A stretch of 64,000 bases of DNA, taken from sequence record MN871449.1; one strand, 5' to 3'. Shown one piece after another: positions 27,957 to 37,572 of this stretch. The notes beneath the pieces are model-generated. The model saw only the letters and a program-made list of their open reading frames with translations. It was not told the DNA's origin and did no database searches. A program made the position numbers and the translations under genes. Positions within the stretch are counted from its first letter, which is position 1. Each line of letters opens with the position of its first letter.

Positions 27957-28298
27957 ATGGAGAAACAACACGTTCTTGAAATCTTGATCGAGGATAAGGA
28001 CCGTCTCGTCCTCAACAAGCAATACAAACTGGAACATTATGACCCCAATATCCTTTATACTGATTTCCTCAATCGACTGATCGATAATGACCCTGAACTA
28101 GAACCTTATCGTGAAACTATCGATTACTGGCTACAGGGTATTTTCGCTGAGGTAAAAAGCAATTGGTTTAAAACGGTCCGCTATTACGGCTGGTTATCGG
28201 GGATCAAACTCTTTTATCGTTATAAACCAAAAGCGCCCTTCTGGATACGAATTTTCTCTGGGTTCAGTTGGGGATTTAAACCCCTCATTCGAAAATAA
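27957..28298 (+). CDS. hypothetical protein
   Basis: GAGGG RBS. Confidence 0.65.
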   Translation: MEKQHVLEILIEDKDRLVLNKQYKLEHYDPNILYTDFLNRLIDNDPELEPYRETIDYWLQGIFAEVKSNWFKTVRYYGWLSGIKLFYRYKPKAPFWIRIFSGFSWGFKPLIRK

Positions 28299-28403
28299 AG
28301 ATTCCGTTGACTTTTTATGAACGTACAACTGTGGTTTATTTTGCATACCAAGAAAAAGCTCACTATCCGGTGAGCCTCTTTAAACTCTGCTAAGGTGGTA
28401 TCG

Positions 28404-29216
28404 ATGGGACGTCAAAAGAGTAACGCTAAATTGGATCGCGAAGTTCGTCGTGAGTCTCGCCGTAAACTCAATCAGCAACGCTCGCTATCGAATGAAGAAA
28501 CAGCGGAACTTTTTCAGTTTGATAACAGAGGGAACAGCTTCCCTGTTACTCATATTGGGATGGAGAAAGAAAAGCGTGATCGTAGCCCGATAGAAGCCCG
28601 TAACGTCAATCAGGGTCTCTATATGGATGCATTACAGAGTCGGGATTTGATCGTCGCTACAGGATCTGCAGGGTCGGGTAAAACGCTTTTGGCCACAGTC
28701 TATGCGGTCGATCAGCTCAGCGAGAAAAGCGTTGAAAAAATCGTTGTGACCCGACCGATGTTGACAGCGGAAGAAGAGATGGGTTTCCTTCCGGGAACGC
28801 AATACGAGAAGTTCCTACCCTACTTCCGTCCGGTCTATGATATTCTCCGTCGTCGGATGGGGCCAAGCTTCCTTCAGTATTGTCTTCGTCCTGAGATCGA
28901 GAAGATCGAAGTTGCACCATTCAGTTTTATGCGTGGACGAACCTTTGACGATGCAGTGATTATTCTTGACGAAGCCCAGAACGTTACTGTCAACCAGATG
29001 CGTCTCTTCCTGACCCGTGTTGGTGACAATTCCACAGTCATCATTAATGGCGACTTAAAGCAGTGCGATCTTCCTAAAGGCGTCAAGTCGGGGTTAGCAG
29101 ACCTACTTGAACGGATAGAGCGTAAACAGTTAGATATCCCGGTGATTAACTTTACCGATGACGATTGTGTGCGTTCCCCTATCTGTCAAACTGCGTTGGC
29201 GATCTACGCAGAATAA
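28404..29216 (+). CDS. phoH: PhoH-family ATPase, enterobacterial type
   Basis: MGRQK start; ATGSAGSGKT; VTRP; GFLPG...EKF.PYFRPVYD; SFLQYCLRPEI; MRGRTF; ILDEAQN; NGD..QCDL. Confidence 0.95.
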   Translation: MGRQKSNAKLDREVRRESRRKLNQQRSLSNEETAELFQFDNRGNSFPVTHIGMEKEKRDRSPIEARNVNQGLYMDALQSRDLIVATGSAGSGKTLLATVYAVDQLSEKSVEKIVVTRPMLTAEEEMGFLPGTQYEKFLPYFRPVYDILRRRMGPSFLQYCLRPEIEKIEVAPFSFMRGRTFDDAVIILDEAQNVTVNQMRLFLTRVGDNSTVIINGDLKQCDLPKGVKSGLADLLERIERKQLDIPVINFTDDDCVRSPICQTALAIYAE

Positions 29217-29268
29217 ATCTATGGTGGGTGGTTTTACCACCCACCATTTTATTAAAGGAACCTGGCGT

Positions 29269-29673
29269 ATGTTTAAAAGTAAAAACAATACCCCTGCTAC
29301 TTTTATCAAGGATAATACACTTGGAGATATTTTCTTATACTTACGCAGCGGAGATTTCGACGGGGGTTGTAAGTTGCATTATTTGTTTTCTTTGGTGGAG
29401 AAGAAAGTAAAGGCTATACCGGATGATTTGTACCGATTAACCTATAGCCCAGAAAAAAACTTACGGTTAAAAGAAACAAAAGATTTGGACCCCAAAGCGT
29501 ATTATTACTCGATTAAAGAAGGTCGTCTTTTTCAAGGGTTTAATCGAGTAATGACTAACAACTTCCCTGTGGAATGGTCTATCGTTGGGAGTTTTGTTTC
29601 TATTGAAAGGGAAACAAAAACAATACCGGAACGTGAATTCTTCTCTGAGTTTAAAGAGGTAACCTGGCAATGA
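29269..29673 (+). CDS. hypothetical protein
   Basis: AAGGA RBS before ATG 29269. Confidence 0.65.
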   Translation: MFKSKNNTPATFIKDNTLGDIFLYLRSGDFDGGCKLHYLFSLVEKKVKAIPDDLYRLTYSPEKNLRLKETKDLDPKAYYYSIKEGRLFQGFNRVMTNNFPVEWSIVGSFVSIERETKTIPEREFFSEFKEVTWQ

Positions 29674-29930
29674 TTAAATATACTCGTGTCAATGTGACCT
29701 ACATTCCAGGTAATAAATTGAGTGATATGAAAGAATGGGATTTTCCGTATAACGACGATGAATTTCGTTTGGTGGAAGACTTTCACTCATTAGACCTTAG
29801 TGCATTATCGGACGCAGAGAAGCATCGCATTACACAACTGATATTAGAGCTACCGCGCCACGGGGTGGTGAGAACAGATTCAATGGATCCTGTATTGGGA
29901 CTTGTGATTGTGGCACTGAAAAGAAAATAA
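29670..29930 (+). CDS. hypothetical protein
   Basis: Start overlaps upstream stop. Confidence 0.65.
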   Translation: MIKYTRVNVTYIPGNKLSDMKEWDFPYNDDEFRLVEDFHSLDLSALSDAEKHRITQLILELPRHGVVRTDSMDPVLGLVIVALKRK

Positions 29931-29960
29931 ACAGAGAGGAGCCGTCTGGCTCCTCTCTGT
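29931..29960. terminator. bidirectional terminator
   Basis: ACAGAGAGGAGCC-GTCT-GGCTCCTCTCTGT between convergent genes. Confidence 0.75.
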
Positions 29961-29972
29961 ATTTCTGATGTG

Positions 29973-32192
29973 TCAATCGTCAAGTAACACTGAAATACGT
30001 ATTTCTTTAATGTAGTTATTTGGCACGTTATTAGTCATAGTGACAAGTAACTCCAACGCATTGTCTAACCCATTAACAGAACCTCGCATAGGGACATACC
30101 CCAAGGTGTACGCCTCCGGTGAGGAGTTTGCCGTGTTAGAGGAGGGTTGACAAACAATAGTTGTATCTTGCGGATTCATTGTATTGTCAACAGTGGAAAC
30201 TTTACTGTTGGTCAATTCAGTGAACAAAGTGTTACCGATGTTACCGTCCCATGAAGGGAGTCGACGTAAAGTCATAGCGAAATTCGTTGCACCGTTAGCG
30301 TTACCCGCTAATGAGTTTTTATTAAATGTCAGATAAGCCCTGACATCGCCAACTCCATTGACATGGGTTGGTATCGGAATGCGTAAAATAACGTCTGTAG
30401 TGCCAGTGGCGATGAAACGTCCATCGTACCGTGTCAGTTCACTTGCCGGGGTCACTAAGTACGCTGTCGGGGTGACATAAATGTAACCGATCTTATACCC
30501 TTTTATCGTATTGTTCTGGAAGAAACCGAATGCAGACTGGGTTTCTCGGTAGAACGGTTTCTGGGGTTTGAACTTCAGCACATTGAATTGGGCGTTCGAT
30601 GTTCTGAAATAAGTGTCGTAAATAACATTGCTCACTTTAAGATCATTGAAGATCCCGTATTTCCCAGCGATACTAATACCGTTATCTGAATTTGTCACTT
30701 CGATATTGCTAAAAAAGTTTGGCTTGTTAGCGTCATTAAAGGTCGTATCAGAATAAAATGTACTAAGACCATTCTTTGCATTGTTTACAAATAAACCGCG
30801 GACAATACAACCTTTCGTGTTATTGATTAACAGCCCCTCAGAACTTGCAGAACGCCCCAGATTCATGATTTTGATGTTAGTGAAGGAAACATCTTCACAA
30901 AGGTTAGTTGCACCGCCAGAGCCGTTTAGTGTACCATCTACTAAAGGCCCATATTGGATGGCGTTATCGACGTGTACGTCTGTCGAATTCGCGACGAAGA
31001 AAAGAGTATAGAACGATTTGTCCTGATTTGGAGTTAAGCAATAAAGGTTTCGGATATTGACGCGATAACAAGATGGCGTCTCTGGGATAGTATCTGACCC
31101 CACGTTAACTAACTCAGTCCAACCGTCGCCGTAAATAGAATCGATTTCGATATCCATGGCATTATTCAAGTTGATACCGTAACCGCCATTTTTATTCGAC
31201 CCCGTGTAAATGGCAACTAAATACAAATCGCTAATAGAGCAATTTCTACATTGCGCTAAGCTCTGATTATCGCGAAGATATTGCTTTTGCGCTGGGTTAA
31301 CGAAGGTATTGTCAGCCACGTTCCCGCCAGTAACAGAACCAGTTCGCCAAACTGCCATCCCTTTGTTTCTGTTTGCCTCGCGTGAACTCCCCATCACAAA
31401 ACCACCACGACCTTTTGCAGAAAGCAATGGGTTCTCAAAAATAATTTTTGAGGCCATTCCTTGACCTTTCATTACTGTATTCGCAAAAAAGAACACCGGG
31501 AAGGTAATGCGATAGGCAACCACTGGCGCCGGAACATTTATCGTTCCACCGCCGTATTGGTAAACACCAAACGTTGCGCCCTGGAAAGCAAAATAATCAT
31601 CAGTAACCCCGTCCCCTTTGGCACCGAAATCTAACACCGAAAAAGACCCTTTGTCCGGAACACGCTGCCAGACCCATTGCCCATCATACCGGACATGAAT
31701 TCCTAAGTCATTCTCAACAGTAGAGTTTCGAATCGCCTTAAAGTGGCCGGCTCCTGTAGTCCCATTTGCGTAGTAGCTTTTCAGATAAATCGTTTGCCCT
31801 TCGTAAGACGGTTGGATCGATGTTAAATCTGAAAATTGATTCGCTTGGATTTGGATATGCTTTAGTAACGCAGGGATATAAATGGTTTTCTTCGTGCCGC
31901 TATTACCGATAACCGCATTTGCGCCGATGTTTGTTCTGATATACTCATTAACCGATAATTTGTTACTGTCGACATAAACGTAGAAGAGTTGGTTTTCTAC
32001 CGTTGCAGCAATCCCTTCCTCCACTGTCTCAAAGGCATGGTCAAAATCAAAAAGATCCCGAACCTGACTCAACGTGATCTTATTCGTTGCTAAAGTACCG
32101 CTAGATAACGTCAGACTTAGCGGTAACTCTCCTGCCATATTCCCGCTAGTCAAACTGTTTAATTCACTGATCTTATTCCCGAAGTCACTCAT
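29973..32192 (-). CDS. tailspike / capsule depolymerase with KISEL-type N-terminal anchor domain
   Basis: QFSDL....P..EGQ.IYLKSYY..G..GAG.F neck; SVLDFGAKGDGVTDDYFAFQ pectate-lyase-3 motif; beta-helix; AAGG RBS favours ATG 32192. Confidence 0.9.
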   Translation of the reverse strand: MSDFGNKISELNSLTSGNMAGELPLSLTLSSGTLATNKITLSQVRDLFDFDHAFETVEEGIAATVENQLFYVYVDSNKLSVNEYIRTNIGANAVIGNSGTKKTIYIPALLKHIQIQANQFSDLTSIQPSYEGQTIYLKSYYANGTTGAGHFKAIRNSTVENDLGIHVRYDGQWVWQRVPDKGSFSVLDFGAKGDGVTDDYFAFQGATFGVYQYGGGTINVPAPVVAYRITFPVFFFANTVMKGQGMASKIIFENPLLSAKGRGGFVMGSSREANRNKGMAVWRTGSVTGGNVADNTFVNPAQKQYLRDNQSLAQCRNCSISDLYLVAIYTGSNKNGGYGINLNNAMDIEIDSIYGDGWTELVNVGSDTIPETPSCYRVNIRNLYCLTPNQDKSFYTLFFVANSTDVHVDNAIQYGPLVDGTLNGSGGATNLCEDVSFTNIKIMNLGRSASSEGLLINNTKGCIVRGLFVNNAKNGLSTFYSDTTFNDANKPNFFSNIEVTNSDNGISIAGKYGIFNDLKVSNVIYDTYFRTSNAQFNVLKFKPQKPFYRETQSAFGFFQNNTIKGYKIGYIYVTPTAYLVTPASELTRYDGRFIATGTTDVILRIPIPTHVNGVGDVRAYLTFNKNSLAGNANGATNFAMTLRRLPSWDGNIGNTLFTELTNSKVSTVDNTMNPQDTTIVCQPSSNTANSSPEAYTLGYVPMRGSVNGLDNALELLVTMTNNVPNNYIKEIRISVLLDD

Positions 32193-32258
32193 TACCGTTA
32201 CCTTTCTCATGGGGTTATTGTCATAGGAAAATTACCGTTCTCTTTTCACTACCGTTCC

Positions 32259-32281
32259 AATTAGTTTGATACCTATATCAC
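32259..32281 (+). promoter_or_regulatory. putative early promoter (copy 4)
   Basis: AATTAGTTTGATACCTATATCAC. Confidence 0.55.
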
Positions 32282-32326
32282 CCTATTGCAGTTAACATCA
32301 TTAACAAAAAATAAGGTGATTAAACA

Positions 32327-32407
32327 ATGTCTGATTTACTCGATTTACTGGTTTTGGTTTTACTGGGTCAAAGCAACGACGACAGCGATGACGATGACGA
32401 TGAATAA
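32327..32407 (+). CDS. 26-aa amphiphilic micropeptide with poly-Asp tail (not in ORF track)
   Basis: TAAGGTG RBS; MSDLLDLLVLVLLGQSNDDSDDDDDE; fills the gap before the next RBS. Confidence 0.55.
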   Translation: MSDLLDLLVLVLLGQSNDDSDDDDDE

Positions 32408-32419
32408 TTTGGAGGGAGT

Positions 32420-33007
32420 ATGGAAAAGACCGAATTTGCTTACGTGACAACGATAGGATCCACTGACTTAGGACAGGCACACTTTTCGTTCTGTAAAGAG
32501 TTAGGGTTCTTTCTTTGCGAACAGGGGTTCTCAATCCGCTCCGGGAAAGCACCGGGTGCCGACCAAGCGTTTCAATCGGGTTTTGAGAACTCGCTTTCAG
32601 CGGCGGACTATATTCGTGACCCACAGATCTTTCTTCCGTGGAAAACCTTCGAGCGCGACAACGTCTTTGTCTCTGATCGCTACGATCGTTACGACTACAG
32701 CCCGGAAAGCATTGCGAAAGCAGAGGCCATTATCTCGACGGTTCACCCGGTCTGGGATCGTTTAACTGACGGCCAAAAGCGTTTCCATATTCGCAACGTC
32801 TTTCAGATTCTTGGCGAAGACGTTGAATCGCCGTCAGCGTTTTTGATCGCGTGTGCGCCAGAGGACTCCGAAGGACTTCCGAAAGGCGGTACTCGGTCTG
32901 CCTTTAAAATTGCAAGGGATCGTGATATCCCTTGCATCAACATCTACGACCTTTCTCATCAGATCGTCTTTGATTGGTTAGAAAAAACAATGGGGAGTTC
33001 ACGATGA
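32420..33007 (+). CDS. stand-alone SLOG/DprA-like protein
   Basis: TTIGS, RSGKAPGADQAF, IFLPW, HP.W..L, RNVFQILG, GGT..AFKIA..IP..NI. Confidence 0.75.
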   Translation: MEKTEFAYVTTIGSTDLGQAHFSFCKELGFFLCEQGFSIRSGKAPGADQAFQSGFENSLSAADYIRDPQIFLPWKTFERDNVFVSDRYDRYDYSPESIAKAEAIISTVHPVWDRLTDGQKRFHIRNVFQILGEDVESPSAFLIACAPEDSEGLPKGGTRSAFKIARDRDIPCINIYDLSHQIVFDWLEKTMGSSR

Positions 33008-33348
33008 TCGCCAAACATTTAATCGAAGAATTTAAACGAGAGTTTTCCGATGCCAGCGCGGTCTACAAAGCCTACGCTGAAAATAATGAAAATACCCAAA
33101 TGTACGGATGGGCAGGACATTACGAAGTCGCCGCCGAGGTGTCAGCGAATGTGTTGCGTATCAACATCACTCACCCTGACGGAACGTATTGGACGGATGA
33201 TCCGACTACCCTCGCAGCAGACGTCGAAACGTTGAAAGATTTATTGGTCGCCTTCCTACCGGAAAACGACTATAAGACGGAAAGTCTCATTGAAACTTCC
33301 GGGATTTCTTTCACTGTGCATAAGAACACGGCGGGTGCCGCGCTATGA
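33004..33348 (+). CDS. hypothetical protein
   Basis: GGGAG RBS, coupled start. Confidence 0.7.
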   Translation: MIAKHLIEEFKREFSDASAVYKAYAENNENTQMYGWAGHYEVAAEVSANVLRINITHPDGTYWTDDPTTLAADVETLKDLLVAFLPENDYKTESLIETSGISFTVHKNTAGAAL

Positions 33349-33710
33349 CGACTTCGCCCTTATTACGTTCAATTGAATATCAAAAAACATCCGACCGCAT
33401 TTTTGATATTTTACGTAAACTGTTTGACCGCAAACAGAATGGGTCGGTTGTCGATTCTGCTTCATTAAATAATACTGTGGTAGTAGACCTCGACAACGGT
33501 AGGTTGATCGTGCAGATTAAAAGTAATAATCGTTTTATTTGGGGTGGCAGCGAAGTCAATTATCGATTTGTCTTGGCAACCCAAATTAATCTTCTACGTC
33601 AACGTATCGGCGAGTTACTGAAAGAGATTGATCCGGAGTATGAATACCAAGGATCTTCAGAGTTGGATCCTGGACTTATCATATTCTTGTTTAAACGAAA
33701 TGTAAAATAG
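33345..33710 (+). CDS. hypothetical protein
   Basis: ATGA coupling. Confidence 0.65.
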   Translation: MTTSPLLRSIEYQKTSDRIFDILRKLFDRKQNGSVVDSASLNNTVVVDLDNGRLIVQIKSNNRFIWGGSEVNYRFVLATQINLLRQRIGELLKEIDPEYEYQGSSELDPGLIIFLFKRNVK

Positions 33711-33722
33711 GAGTTTAGCGAT

Positions 33723-34331
33723 ATGAACGCCACCCTCAATAAATACCTCCCTGACGATGCGGAATTAACTGCTATTGAGGTTAATTCGCTTCTTGAACTT
33801 TTTAACGATCTTGGTCGCAGCGGCATCGCACTCAGATCAAAAAATAATTTGGAAATTGTCTCTTTCACCGAATTGACCGGGATAAGTTTACCTTGGTCTC
33901 AGGCGGTCGCTCTTGCTTTAGGTGAGAAAGAAGCTTTTTTACAATTCCCCACTGACCGTTGCGCGGCGCTGGCAAAAGATATCATTAGCGACCTTTGGTT
34001 GAAGTCATACGGGATCGTTGATGATAGTAAGCCTATGCCGTCTCCTTCCAGTTATTTTATTAGTGAAGACGCGGAACCATTCTCAGAAAAAGACATTGAA
34101 TTCTTCTCTGAGGTTGAAGATAATGCCGACGAAAACAAATTCAGTTTCAGTTATCATGAGACTGGTGCCGCCGGCGGCGCGGTTGTTTACGTGCGCTGGA
34201 AAGCTGTCAATCTCGTCGCACGAAATGATACTACCGTTTTCATCGACGATAAAGAAATTACCTTTCAAACAGAGAGCGCGGCCATTGCGTTTCACGCATG
34301 GGTCATTGAATGCGTAGATTACTACGGTTAA
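33723..34331 (+). CDS. hypothetical protein
   Basis: AGGAG RBS. Confidence 0.7.
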   Translation: MNATLNKYLPDDAELTAIEVNSLLELFNDLGRSGIALRSKNNLEIVSFTELTGISLPWSQAVALALGEKEAFLQFPTDRCAALAKDIISDLWLKSYGIVDDSKPMPSPSSYFISEDAEPFSEKDIEFFSEVEDNADENKFSFSYHETGAAGGAVVYVRWKAVNLVARNDTTVFIDDKEITFQTESAAIAFHAWVIECVDYYG

Positions 34332-34345
34332 AGTAAGGAAAGAAG

Positions 34346-34621
34346 ATGACTTGGGCACCCAGTACGTACTTCTCATTTGTGATGTTTTTCGTTATCCTCA
34401 CTATCGCGGTGTTATCCGAAAAAATACACCAACTCAACCCCAGTCTATGGGCGGTTTTTACGATAGTGGGGATGGGTCTTATTTCATTGATTTTCTGCGT
34501 ATGGCGTGTTGATACCGTAGGTAAAAACAACAAAAAAGAAAATCAGCGGCGGTGGTATTATTTCGCCGCCGTGATCTCTGGGTTGGTTGTGATATTAACT
34601 TTAGTAGCGGCGGGAGTGTAA
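34346..34621 (+). CDS. membrane protein (3 TM)
   Basis: Three hydrophobic segments; AAGGA RBS. Confidence 0.7.
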   Translation: MTWAPSTYFSFVMFFVILTIAVLSEKIHQLNPSLWAVFTIVGMGLISLIFCVWRVDTVGKNNKKENQRRWYYFAAVISGLVVILTLVAAGV

Positions 34622-34624
34622 TTG

Positions 34625-35212
34625 ATGTCAGCACTAGTTTTCCGATTTGGTGCCATGAATTCGGCAAAATCTTCAAATCTACTACAAACTGCGTACAACT
34701 ACCGAGAAAGGGGGATGTCGGTTCATGTCTATAAACCGACGGTCGATACTCGGGATAAAGTAGGTAAAGTGGTTTCCCGTATTGGGCTAGAGGGTATCTG
34801 TGTCATGTTAGGGAAAAACGATTCTTTCCTAAACGACATTTACAAGGATCGCAATTACCCTAAAGTCATTTTGGTCGACGAGGCCCAATTCCTCGAACCG
34901 TTCCACATTTACGAACTTCGATCGCTCGTTGATCTTTACGACGTCACCGTTCTGTGTTACGGGCTGCGGACAGATTTTCAACGGAACACTTTCCCGGCCA
35001 GTGCGGTTCTTTTAGCTATAGCCGATAAGCTCGAAGAGATACCAACAATTTGTTGGTGCGGAGTAAAAGCCAGATTTGTTCTGCGTTTGGATAGTGAAGG
35101 TAACGTTATAGTGGTCGGCCCACAAATACTCGTGGGTGGCAATGACCAGTATGTTTCTGTCTGTTCTAAGCATTGGGCATTACAACAACCTCGTAATCCG
35201 GACGTTGAATAA
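34625..35212 (+). CDS. tdk: thymidine kinase
   Basis: GAMNSAKS, KP..DTR, VSRIGL, ILVDEAQFL, CYGLRTDF, IC.CG, Y.SVC..H. Confidence 0.92.
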   Translation: MSALVFRFGAMNSAKSSNLLQTAYNYRERGMSVHVYKPTVDTRDKVGKVVSRIGLEGICVMLGKNDSFLNDIYKDRNYPKVILVDEAQFLEPFHIYELRSLVDLYDVTVLCYGLRTDFQRNTFPASAVLLAIADKLEEIPTICWCGVKARFVLRLDSEGNVIVVGPQILVGGNDQYVSVCSKHWALQQPRNPDVE

Positions 35213-35214
35213 TC

Positions 35215-35496
35215 ATGAAGCGATTTTCACCCAGTACTAAGGTTTCCTTCGTATTCTTGTTCATTCTGATCCTGGTTGGTTTTTTATTCAAAACTTTTAC
35301 CGGTATACGCCTCCCGCCTTCAGTGGCGGGGTGCTTTTTACTCGGGGGTCTGATATTGTCGTTGATTTTCTCTTTTCTCCTGAAACGAGAAGGTCAACGT
35401 AAATCCCCATCCAGGTACGTTTTCAACTGGTGCTACCTGTACCTGATCATCGCCCTGACCATGATGAGTTGGTCACTCTTATTCGTGAGGTTATAA
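35215..35496 (+). CDS. membrane protein (3 TM)
   Basis: Hydrophobic segments. Confidence 0.65.
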   Translation: MKRFSPSTKVSFVFLFILILVGFLFKTFTGIRLPPSVAGCFLLGGLILSLIFSFLLKREGQRKSPSRYVFNWCYLYLIIALTMMSWSLLFVRL

Positions 35497-35497
35497 C

Positions 35498-36061
35498 GTG
35501 ACAGAACATACCGCTGAAACACTCAGAGAGACGTTCCTCTCTGATCTTAAACAAATACTTCGATACTGTAACCGCAATACGGGAACGAAGGAAGAAGCCC
35601 TTTCGTTAGCAGGGTTCATGTTCTTAACGCTCATTGACGGGACAGGGAGCAACAGTATTCCTACTCCCATCGACATCGTGGTGACGGCCCATCCAGAAGA
35701 AGAGATTGAAGAACTTCTTTTAGACGAGCGGACAGTTGTTAAGGAAGACACGGTCATTAATGGGGATTGTTATCTTCATAACCTTCTGGGCGATATCGGT
35801 TTGGTTCCAAAAACATTCTATCCCGCGATACTAGACCGGTATCGTAAAATGATTGAGGATAACACCGACAAGTTAGGAGAGGGTTATTTCTCTGCGTCGC
35901 ATTTACTGTCGATGCTAGAGACCCTACGCGATGACCTGGAACAGAGTCTCTCCAAGAAACACCGTTGGCTGGGTTTCGTACAGGGTGTTCTTTGTACATC
36001 GGGTCTCACGACGGTGGACGCCGAACGGGACTTTACCCGCGGCCTTTTCAATGGCGTTTAA
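35498..36061 (+). CDS. hypothetical phage protein
   Basis: GAGG RBS; C-terminal HRWLGFVQGVL...VD.ERD.TR motif. Confidence 0.7.
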   Translation: MTEHTAETLRETFLSDLKQILRYCNRNTGTKEEALSLAGFMFLTLIDGTGSNSIPTPIDIVVTAHPEEEIEELLLDERTVVKEDTVINGDCYLHNLLGDIGLVPKTFYPAILDRYRKMIEDNTDKLGEGYFSASHLLSMLETLRDDLEQSLSKKHRWLGFVQGVLCTSGLTTVDAERDFTRGLFNGV

Positions 36062-36087
36062 TTAAAAACAAATCTACGGGGGTTAAA

Positions 36088-36741
36088 ATGAATAAAAACA
36101 AAATCCATTTAGACGGCGCAGATCTCACCGAAAAAGAAAAGCAATTTATTCACGAAGTCACGCCTTTTCTCAACAGTAAATTACCGGCGATAGTACTCAG
36201 TCGTTTCTCCTCTTTCTTAAAACAAAACGACTTCTACTCTGCGAACAATGCGCAATTGTCGTTGATGAATTTTATCAGGCAGGCGCAAGAAAAAGCGAAC
36301 CTTCTCGAACTGTCACCTAAGGTTGTCAGGGCGATTGAGTTACTCTCGATCAACCAATCTCCGCGACCATTAACCAATACCTTGGCTGATTGGAAGTGGT
36401 CGAATTATTACGACCATTACGTACACCGTGGTTGCCACCGGTTGATCAGATATGAAATTGATGGCCCGATTTATTTCAATGACGCTATTCATCACTTCCC
36501 TAAACCGCAGTTCAAATACTGGCAGGGTTACAGTACGGCCCGGCTGGTGCGCACGGATGAGTTCCCGATTAACCCGCTGACCAATGTCCATCCGCAATAC
36601 TACTACGCCGAGCCGTGGGACGGTCGTGGGAAAATAGAGGATAGGATCGCCAGTTCGACACTGCTGGAGTTTCCTGAGCACGCCGAAGCCTGGTTAGCGA
36701 TTAAACGCACTCAGTTCGAATCTAATGAGTCACAAGACTAA
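36088..36741 (+). CDS. hypothetical protein
   Basis: GGGGG RBS before ATG 36088. Confidence 0.7.
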   Translation: MNKNKIHLDGADLTEKEKQFIHEVTPFLNSKLPAIVLSRFSSFLKQNDFYSANNAQLSLMNFIRQAQEKANLLELSPKVVRAIELLSINQSPRPLTNTLADWKWSNYYDHYVHRGCHRLIRYEIDGPIYFNDAIHHFPKPQFKYWQGYSTARLVRTDEFPINPLTNVHPQYYYAEPWDGRGKIEDRIASSTLLEFPEHAEAWLAIKRTQFESNESQD

Positions 36742-36755
36742 CAAAAGGGATTTCA

Positions 36756-37142
36756 GTGGACACCACCAAAAGATTGAATCAGATCGCACAGAGCGTCGTT
36801 CGCATCAATGAGATTGATGTTACTCCGATCAGTTCTAAAGAAGCGTTGAGAGGTTGGCAGGCCATTATGCGTTCCTCTTACGGTGTGAAAGAGTATATTC
36901 TCGACGGGAATGCAGAACCCGACGGTTCGAACTTCTTCATGCTCCGTTGCGAAGTCAACACGTTGATTGACGAACCTAGTCGTTACTCTCAGGGAGTGAT
37001 GAGAAACATTACTATTGCTTCTATCAGTAATGATTTTGATCGGATGCTAATGCAACTGGAATCGTTCCTTCAACTGAACACGCAGTATTTTGTGACGCAT
37101 ACCGACAAATACGGTCGGGTATATGGTAAACAAAAAGGATAG
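36756..37142 (+). CDS. hypothetical protein
   Basis: AAGGGA RBS, GTG start. Confidence 0.65.
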   Translation: MDTTKRLNQIAQSVVRINEIDVTPISSKEALRGWQAIMRSSYGVKEYILDGNAEPDGSNFFMLRCEVNTLIDEPSRYSQGVMRNITIASISNDFDRMLMQLESFLQLNTQYFVTHTDKYGRVYGKQKG

Positions 37143-37147
37143 AGATT

Positions 37148-37513
37148 ATGTACCTCAAAGATTTCGACAACGAGTTGTTTAATCGCCTTGTTCAGAATAA
37201 ACAGGTCCTGACCTATTTCACCGATCTGCTCTACCTGAACAGTAGCGAAGCGAATACGCTACAACGTATCTATGACGGTGCGAAAGATCGTTGGAAAACA
37301 TTAACGGTCCCTTTGGAGGTTATTGTCAAAGAGATCGAATCCACGATCATTGGCTATTCCGATAGTCGTGTCGGGAAAGACGCCAAGGACATTGACGTAG
37401 AGCTCTATCGTTCGGTCCCGGCAGCTATTCAAGCTGTTGTACTTCCGGGTATCGAAGACACGAAGAAGCGCGCCTTTGTCGTGGATCTCCTCAACGGGAA
37501 AGTGGTTAAATAG
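37148..37513 (+). CDS. hypothetical protein
   Basis: Tight packing. Confidence 0.7.
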   Translation: MYLKDFDNELFNRLVQNKQVLTYFTDLLYLNSSEANTLQRIYDGAKDRWKTLTVPLEVIVKEIESTIIGYSDSRVGKDAKDIDVELYRSVPAAIQAVVLPGIEDTKKRAFVVDLLNGKVVK

Positions 37514-37537
37514 CTTACCTGATAAAACTACTCATAG

Positions 37538-37572
37538 CTCCTCTCTCCGCCTTAGCGGAGAGAGGAGTACTT
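37538..37572. terminator. bidirectional terminator
   Basis: CTCCTCTCTCCGC-CTTA-GCGGAGAGAGGAG. Confidence 0.75.

Noticed and set aside
28404-28490. PhoH N-terminus NAK..RRESRRKL resembles the lambda/P22 N antiterminator arginine-rich motif
   Set aside because: Explained by the homologous basic N-terminus of enterobacterial PhoH (MGRQK...RR)
34625-34680. Thymidine kinase Walker A reads GAMNSAKS (Gly to Ala): possible pseudogene
   Set aside because: All other motifs are intact and the frame is full length; non-Gly variants at this position occur in bacterial TKs
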